Shown here one piece after another: positions 58,938 through 64,000 of a stretch of DNA of 64,000 bases. A program made the translations under genes and the position numbers. Every line of letters begins with the position of its first letter. The first letter of the stretch is position 1. The stretch is from contig OZ037765.1 of the NCBI GenBank assembly GCA_964035545.1, positions 17,422,995-17,486,994 of the forward strand, given 5' to 3'. Origin of the DNA: Bugula neritina. Its lineage: Eukaryota; Animalia; Bryozoa. Under the pieces are notes generated by a model. It saw only the letters and a list, made by a program, of their open reading frames with translations. It had not been told where the DNA came from and did no database searches.

Positions 58938-61900
58938 ATGGACCCAGAAAAGTAAGCTGTTTAAATAGATATTTGGTAGAATTAGATATATGTGTATCTA
59001 AGAATGTAAAGCTGTTGGAGAATGTAACAAAATGGCCTAGTTCATATTTTCATATTATACAGCTTTGGTTGATGTTACATTTCCATGTTGATATTATGTT
59101 GTGCATTCAGTATGTACTTAGTGGTGTAACTAGTTGAGATACAGTCTAATAAGTTTTACATACAGTTGTTATTTAGAACACAACTCCCACAGTGTAAACT
59201 TGTCCCATCTCTGATACATTTATTGTATATTACAATGAACTGTATGCGTAATATAAACAAATATATAAATAATATATTAGGTCAACTGTTAACTAGTGCT
59301 TCCTTGTTGAATTTAGTTTGATTCAGTCTTCAGTAAACCCTGCAGTTTACATGCTGGAGTTCAGTTACTCTAAAGTCTAATGTGTGAGTGAGTGAGTGAG
59401 TGAGTGAGTGAGTAAGTGTGTGAGTGAGTGAGTGAGTGAGTGAGTGAGAGTGAGTAAGTGAGTGTTTACAGCTGTTTTCATTTCATTTGTAATATTTAGT
59501 GAAAGTATGTATGCTCTAGATAAAAATGTAGTTTTCAAATATAACATCATTAGTTCCTTTCATTTCAATAAAATATTTTCTTGATGATTAAGCAATATAG
59601 TCAATAGCGTGCATTCCTTGTGGTACTGAGTTAAACTAAATGTAACCGTATTTATGTCTATGTTAGTCTAAGCACTTGATGTTAAAAATTGTTTGGTTTA
59701 TGAATCGTTGTGATTGTTTCGCAACAGCTGCCATCTATTTGCCTCTCATACTTCCATGTGGCAGCACAACAGAAGGAAACTGTTATGCTGCCCCAATTAC
59801 GGTTCCAAGCTCTCTGTCCAGCACTAGTGCCAATTATCAAAATTTCTCCCTGGAAAACCACACCAAATATACTAGGTGTGGTTAGAGCTCAATTTTGATG
59901 TTTGATTGGAGGTTTTAGGGTTTACACTTCAGGGTTTGGGACCCTAACTAAGTAATTTTAATGGCGTTTTCAATACCATGGCTATTCAATAATAATATAT
60001 ACATTTATTAGGTCAACTCTTGCAGAGTTCTATAATGCTTAAAACAGTTCATAAACCAGTGATCAGTAACTTTTGTGATTGGCAAGTCAGCTTACAATTA
60101 AACAATGCAATGAGGGTGGAATTCTGCAATTTTTTGTAAACCATACTTAACTGTAAAATACAAGCTAATCTAGACTTGATCATAATTAAGAATTGTCTCC
60201 CCTATTTTGCTGATAGTAGACTAAAGCCTTAGTTATAAATCTTAATATATGTATATAACTTAGTTATATAACTCAATAGTTAAGTTATAAATCTACACAA
60301 TATGCAGGTCCAAACCACTACTCTAGAAATCATCAAGTTTATGTTTGTTGGGAAATTAAAATTTACTATTTAAAATAATGCTTATAAAATATCTATTCAT
60401 CTAAGCATAAGATCTATATTAAATATTCTGATTAGGACACTTGTGTTCTAGTGCTATTTATTTTTAGTAGTGCTGTAATTTTGTAATGGTTATTCATGTA
60501 TTATTATTGTTTTATTATTATTAGTATGTACCCATGACAAGCGACTTTAAATAAAATATTTATGTATCAACTGTTAGTTGTAGCTCATACTCTCTTGGGC
60601 AGCATTTTAAATGAACAGTGTGTATAATGAACAGTGTATATAATGAACAGTGTGTATAATGAACAGTGTATATAATGAACAGTGTATATAATGAACAGTG
60701 TGTATAATGAACAGTGTGTGTGTAATGAACAGTGTATATAATGAACAGTGTGTATAATGAACAGTGTGTATAATGAACAGTGTGTATAATGAACAGTGTA
60801 TAATAAACAGTGTATAATAAACAGTGTATATAATGAACAGTGTATAATGAACAGTGTGTATAATGAACAGTGTGTATAATGAACAGTGTGTATAATGAAC
60901 AGTGTGTATAATGAACAGTGTGTATAATGAACAGTGTGTATAATGAACAGTGTGTATAATGAACAGTGTGTATAATGAACAGTGTGTATAATATCCCTGG
61001 TTATTCTGAGTGCTTGTTTGCATATCTGACACTGCAATAGAACTTCATCTCGCAGTACTTGTACACACAACAAAATGCTTTCTTGACATTATAATAATTA
61101 TATTGAATTATAGATCATTTTCATACAAATAAGAATTGATTTCTTTATGAGTATTGTTTTTATGATGATTGTGTACATGTATATTTTATATACCATCATT
61201 GATCCATGACACAATAAGTATAAAATAGATTGACCCGGGTCAAATTTGATTGGCTGTTTTATGCTAAGGTAACTGCTCGCCTGGAACACCATTTAAAGTG
61301 AGTAAACATTACGGTATACTCATAGTAAATTGTTTAACCTCACTGAGCACGTGCTGGAAGTGATTGTTGCGCATCATTTATCAACACTGAACTATACAGA
61401 ACTTTCAAAGTGGGAAATCTTTCATGATGAGTGCAGGAGCCATCTTACCTTCCTCTCAAACATCTCCAGGCAGAGCAGAGAGCATGTGGAGTAGACTTAA
61501 AAAGGGTTTGAATTTAAGAGAGCCTGGCAATGGTTTTATAGTGCAACCTAAGACTGCGATGAGCCCGGGCTTGCGGAATGGAGGTACATGTGTTGAGAAT
61601 TATTCCAATGGTAATGCCAAAAAAATTCCGATCGGTAAAATAGGGCATCGTGACTCAATTAAAAGTGCACAGCTGGAGTTGGCTAACCGTGATCATGAGA
61701 ATAACTTGCTGAACAGTAAACCCATGCCTAAGAAGATAGTGTCTCCATCAAACTCAGAATCTAACAAAAGAAATGTACTCAGCTTAGACAGTAGTATGGG
61801 TCGGCGAGAACTTCATCGTGTGGCAGCTGAATCTGGTTGCGCTCGAAGGCGGAGTCTCAGATATGGCTCTGAAAGAAGTTTTTCCTCACAAAGCTCAGAG

Positions 61901-63202
61901 CTAATGGTATCTCGAAATTCAGCTCCTTCGCCAGGATCTCTTCAGTCTTGTTCCCCTCGAAGCAGTCAACCTGATAATAGAGTGGGCAGTAGAGGTCTGT
62001 GGGGTAAAGTTCGCCAGGCTTATGCTCCAACAGCTACTGGACTACAAGATGCACGTCCATTACCAAAGTTGGCTAAGTTCACACAATTGTGGAACTTAAT
62101 CTTTGAAATAGTTAGAGACAATGAAATGCTGGAGCTTGATGAGCCTGACCCACGTCTTTGGTGGCGAAAAGTTTTTATTAACTTGCGTAAAGTGCATGGT
62201 AAAGGTGAGCATTAACTATTCTGCATACAAAGCATTGCATATATGTTGTGTTGCAGGGCAGCTGAGCCCGTTGTAGAGGCTGAGGTTGATGTTGAAGCTG
62301 GGATGGATGGCTCAGGTGATGCAGTGTCAGATGGTAAAATTCTACTCTCACTTTACAGCCACAACTCATAGTTTGTGTGTAAAATTGCTTAGTTAAGCAT
62401 TTATTATTGCCTAATATTTGTTTGCTGCCTAGTTCCTGGAAAGTTATATATTTCCTGGTCTATTTTAGCCTGAATTGTTGTATAAAGTGTTCGTCATGTC
62501 AACTTTTTGTCCCTTGACTCTTTTGGAGCTACTAATGAGACAGATGTGTAACAATTATAGTATCCAGTCCTCATCATTACACAAAATAATTGATTACACT
62601 GTGGTCAAGTTCGTCATACCTCATCATTTCGTTTGTTTGATGAACAATAAGTCTATTCTTGGCATATTTTTGTCAATAAATGCTGAGTTACTTTTTACTT
62701 GTTTTCCCCTTCAATGCATAAGGTTTTATCAACCTATTGTCATTCCCAGTCCCACAACTTTCCAGGCTACTGAACTGCTAACTTGACTTTAACCCTTTTC
62801 AATTCATAAACTTTTCCCTATTGTTTGTCAGTGGTGATGCCTTTATTGCATGTCAGCACACCAGAAAAGGCTGTTCATGATGACTCAAGTGTCTAGGCTA
62901 TAAACTATTTGTAAAACACCTATAATATATTCAGTTATGTAAATTTGTTACCCATCAACCTGTAAATCATACATTTGAAAAACTTAGTTTAAATATTTAC
63001 GTCAAAGGTTGGCGTTTTTATTTCTGAAAAGAGAAAGCCTCCCATTATATCAAGCATATTAATATCTACTTGTTTGTGTCACAGCAAAGGCAAGCAGTAT
63101 TGCTGAGCAGTTGATGCAGAATCCTGAAGTATTGTCGGCCATTGAAACAAAACTGGCTGGAATGGCGGATGTTGACTCTTCACCCTCAGCACACATGAAG
63201 AA
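58938..63202 (+). CDS. NAP1L1: Nucleosome assembly protein 1-like, 5' part (continues beyond the window). Exons: 58938-58951, 62257-62333, 63085-63202
   Basis: Spliced MDPEK-AAEPVVEAEVDVEAGMDGSGDAVSD-AKASSIAEQLMQNPEVLSAIETKLAGMADVDSSPSAHMK: acidic N-terminus plus the NAP1 LMQNP.vLaA...L motif. Phases 2/1/2 are compatible. The core NAP domain is not in the window. Confidence 0.78.
59385..59464. repeat. (GAGT)n tetranucleotide microsatellite
   Basis: Directly visible. Confidence 0.95.
60609..60992. repeat. 17-bp minisatellite (AATGAACAGTGTGTATA), ~23 units
   Basis: Directly visible; explains the repetitive minus-strand ORFs. Confidence 0.97.
61424..62204 (+). CDS. Long Ser/Arg/Lys-rich ORF: candidate alternative first coding exon of the NAP1-like gene (or a nested single-exon gene ending at 62215)
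   Basis: 263 open codons with elevated GC in AT-rich DNA; strong donor AAG|GTGAGC at 62204/62205 in phase 1, matching the 63085 exon. No recognisable domain. Confidence 0.7.
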
Positions 63203-64000
63203 GTAAGTAACCAGCACCTGTTGGCAGGTGTCTAGTAAGAATTGACACATAAAGCTAACATCAATCCATTCTGGTTGTTTGACCAGATTCTCAAGGTTAA
63301 CATAGTTGTAAGTTTTCAATGCTTAGCTTTATTGTCCAATATATTATTAGTGCATGTTTATTTTACTCTGCGTCTGTGTTTTGTATAAACTATTTAGTGT
63401 TGAGAGTTTTTCAGGTGGATGGGTATTTTACCACCAGCTTATATGAACTACTGTATACTTCTGTTTTCATAATAATTTAATTGTCTTTTTTTCTTATTTT
63501 AGCCTCTATGGTGCATTTGATTCTAGTGTTGGTCTGCTTTTTCCTTTCATAGTCGTATTTATTGTCTCTAATAATAAAATTTATTGACTTGCTATTTTCT
63601 TTAACAAAGTTAAATGACTGGAAAACCGTAATGATTTAGAGAACAATGAGTATGGTCAAAGACATGCATTTGTTCTGGCTGGTTGGCTCACTCTAACTCT
63701 ATCTTTAATAAAAACCTCACTTGGAAAACTGCACGGACCCTCTTAGCACTCAGTGCCAGCCCCATCACCTCCCCTCCACCTCTTGCTTCCATATCTTGAC
63801 AATTCTTTTTTATTCCATATGTGTAGCTTAGTATGTATATAATGTGTACAATACAACACAACACAATACAGATATGTAACTGAATGCATGCTGGTGAACA
63901 GCTAGGACCAAGGTAGTTGATATGGAGGATATGCTCTACTGATCAATCTATGAAGTGGATAACCAGCCATCAATCATTATATGAATCTACCCATGACTCA

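Noticed and set aside
60609-60992. CRISPR-like array or repetitive protein ORFs (162/141 aa)
   Set aside because: Head-to-tail repeats with no unique spacers, eukaryotic context and no cas genes; the ORFs are translations of the minisatellite.

Overview
AT-rich, intron-containing invertebrate (metazoan) genomic DNA; the species cannot be fixed from the sequence alone. Exons were reconstructed by hand from GT-AG sites and reading-frame phase. Genes: C12orf4/FERRY3 homologue (+, 11 coding exons, 1797-21644); protein disulfide isomerase P4HB (-, 8 coding exons, ends HDEL, convergent with the former); Rho GDP-dissociation inhibitor (-, 33168-35334); Lifeguard/TMBIM protein (+, 39647-44256, divergent from RhoGDI); a second RhoGDI copy with a broken first exon but intact, strongly diverged exons 2-5 (-, 46243-48184); a cytosolic sulfotransferase (+, 50691-54530); and the 5' part of a NAP1-like histone chaperone (+, from 58938) with a 263-codon basic ORF in one of its introns. 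Introns and spacers hold many TE relics (Ty3/gypsy, hAT, RTE fragment, tRNA-derived SINEs, several MITE families, a 3.1 kb TIR element) and satellites. Most notable unexplained signals: (i) degenerate 6-nt-periodic TA tracts sharing exact 11-17-mers next to the inferred 5' end of each housekeeping gene; (ii) a candidate mutually exclusive acidic versus basic N-terminus for NAP1; (iii) an 'armless', fast-evolving RhoGDI paralogue. All counts are by eye and no database searches were run.
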